Of a stretch of 54,678 bases of DNA, positions 53,616 to 54,678 are shown piece by piece; within the stretch, counting starts at the first letter, position 1, and each line of letters begins with the position of its first letter. The stretch is from a virus (lineage: Duplodnaviria > Caudoviricetes). Under the pieces are notes generated by a model. It saw nothing but the letters and a program-made list of their open reading frames with translations, had not been told where the DNA came from and made no database searches. A program made the translations under genes and the position numbers. The DNA lies in the IMG/VR virus record IMGVR_UViG_3300008450_000050, positions 1 through 54,678 of that record. One strand, 5' to 3'.

Positions 53616-53821
53616 GCTGCTGCGTCCTCATGCTTGGCGGGAGCGGCGGGCAGTCGGTCAAAGTCAGTCGGCCCAACCGAGCCCGCGCTCTCATGAATGA
53701 TTGCCAGCCGCCACCGATGGGGAACGCCGCGTGCTCGCCACTTGCGGCGCGCGTCGTACTTGACGCCCAGCCGCTCGGCCACGCGATCAATCTGGTCCCA
53801 AAGGGGCTGGTGATTTGTCAT
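53612..53821 (-). CDS. Cro-like HTH protein
   Basis: VAERLGVKYDARRKWRARGVP; divergent from repressor. Confidence 0.72.
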   Translation of the reverse strand: MTNHQPLWDQIDRVAERLGVKYDARRKWRARGVPHRWRLAIIHESAGSVGPTDFDRLPAAPAKHEDAAA

Positions 53822-53830
53822 TCCCGGATC

Positions 53831-53849
53831 ATTGGACAAATCGTCCAAT
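53831..53849. promoter_or_regulatory. palindromic operator between cro and repressor
   Basis: ATTGGAC-AAATC-GTCCAAT. Confidence 0.75.
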
Positions 53850-53906
53850 TAGTCAAGCCCACCGTGTCTAATGCTCGTTGACCCTGACGCGGGCATATTG
53901 CGGCAC

Positions 53907-54182
53907 ATGGCCGACAGCTCCGAAGAAGCCCTGTTTAATAACGCCTATTGCCAGCGCGTGCGCGATTTGCGCGATGAGCGCGGGTGGACGGCTGACCAGA
54001 TGGCGACCGCTCTAGGTATCCCCCCGGATCGGTATCGTAAGTATGAGACGCGCAGCCCAATGCCCGCGTACCTGGTGGAGCGCTTTGCGCTCATCGTTGG
54101 ACGGGATGTGGACTACGTTTTAACGGGAAAAGCGAAGCGCTTGCAGGCAAGTGCAGCGGGGGCGCCCCGCAAGCGCGCTTAA
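53907..54182 (+). CDS. Xre-family HTH repressor without peptidase domain
   Basis: VRDLRDERGWTADQMATALGI...YRKYE...VDYVLTG. Confidence 0.85.
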   Translation: MADSSEEALFNNAYCQRVRDLRDERGWTADQMATALGIPPDRYRKYETRSPMPAYLVERFALIVGRDVDYVLTGKAKRLQASAAGAPRKRA

Positions 54183-54210
54183 CGCTAGTCCCCAGATTCG
54201 ACCCTGATCG

Positions 54211-54237
54211 CAGCCCGCCCTAACCGGCGGGCTTTTT
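54211..54237 (+). terminator. intrinsic terminator after repressor
   Basis: AGCCCGCC-CTAACC-GGCGGGCT followed by T run. Confidence 0.88.
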
Positions 54238-54251
54238 GCTGCCGAAAAATA

Positions 54252-54292
54252 ATTGGACAAATTGGCACGCTACCCTATGGACAAATTGTCCA
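54252..54292. promoter_or_regulatory. tandem operators ahead of plus-strand early operon
   Basis: TGGACAAATTGGCAC (54254) and perfect palindrome TGGACAA-A-TTGTCCA (54278). Confidence 0.75.
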
Positions 54293-54334
54293 GTTAGGCG
54301 CATACATCTCTCACACCACCACGGGGAGAGAGAG

Positions 54335-54678
54335 ATGACCGCGAAGTTCAAGCTCACAGCCGAATGCAAGGACTGGTTCGGCATCAAGCTATTTCGCATC
54401 GAAGCGACGGCTGACTTCGGAACCATCAAGGCCGGCGATAAGGGCGGATGGGTCGAGAAAGCCGAGAACGTTGCCGAGGGCGGCAATGCGTGGGTCTACG
54501 GCAATGCGTGGGTCTACGGCAATGCGCGGGTCTCCGGCAATGCGCGGGTCTACGGCGATGCGCAGGTCTACGGCAATGCGCAGGTCTCCGGCAATGCGCG
54601 GGTCTACGGCGATGCGCAGGTCTACGGCAATGCGCAGGTCTCCGGCAATGCGCAGGTCTACGGCAATGCGCGGGTCTA
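54335..54678 (+). CDS. 5' part of hexapeptide-repeat protein (continues at window start)
   Basis: GGAG RBS; MTAKFKLT...LFRIEATADFGTIKAGDKGGWVE...GNAWVYGNA, open to the window end. Confidence 0.85.
   Translation, partial: MTAKFKLTAECKDWFGIKLFRIEATADFGTIKAGDKGGWVEKAENVAEGGNAWVYGNAWVYGNARVSGNARVYGDAQVYGNAQVSGNARVYGDAQVYGNAQVSGNAQVYGNARV

Noticed and set aside
54481-54678. 18-bp repeats as a CRISPR array or DGR variable region (variation is mostly at A positions)
   Set aside because: No spacers, cas genes or reverse transcriptase; variation fits coding hexapeptide alternatives

Overview
The window looks like the essentially complete, circularly permuted genome of a GC-rich temperate podovirus. 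The host is probably an alphaproteobacterium, judging from the GapR-like gene, the promoter style and the gene families. Both ends fall inside the same 18-bp tandem repeat of one hexapeptide-repeat gene. Plus strand (54.3 kb wrapping to 15 kb): recombination genes (Rad52/Sak-like, NinB, HNH), xis-integrase-attP, then a mosaic array of small accessory genes. Minus strand: cro, GapR-like, two DnaA-domain-IV proteins, RusA, C5 methyltransferase, replication protein, terminase (with a LAGLIDADG intein), portal, scaffold, N4-gp56-type capsid, tail and ejection proteins, SGNH esterase and the lysis cassette. The most striking signals are non-coding or hidden. (1) A module between terL and portal with its own promoter/operator, two tandem Y RNA-like genes (one short, one YrlA-like with a permuted tRNA domain), Ro60 and an HTH gene, followed by a mismatched tRNA-Thr and an unexplained ~167-nt tRNA-like RNA. 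(2) Three copies of a conserved late-promoter element, each followed by a short transcript and an intrinsic terminator. (3) Arrays of related hairpins in front of both the scaffold and capsid genes. (4) A C5 methyltransferase whose motif IX appears to be supplied by a nested alternative-frame ORF. All calls are by eye; no searches or folding programs were run.
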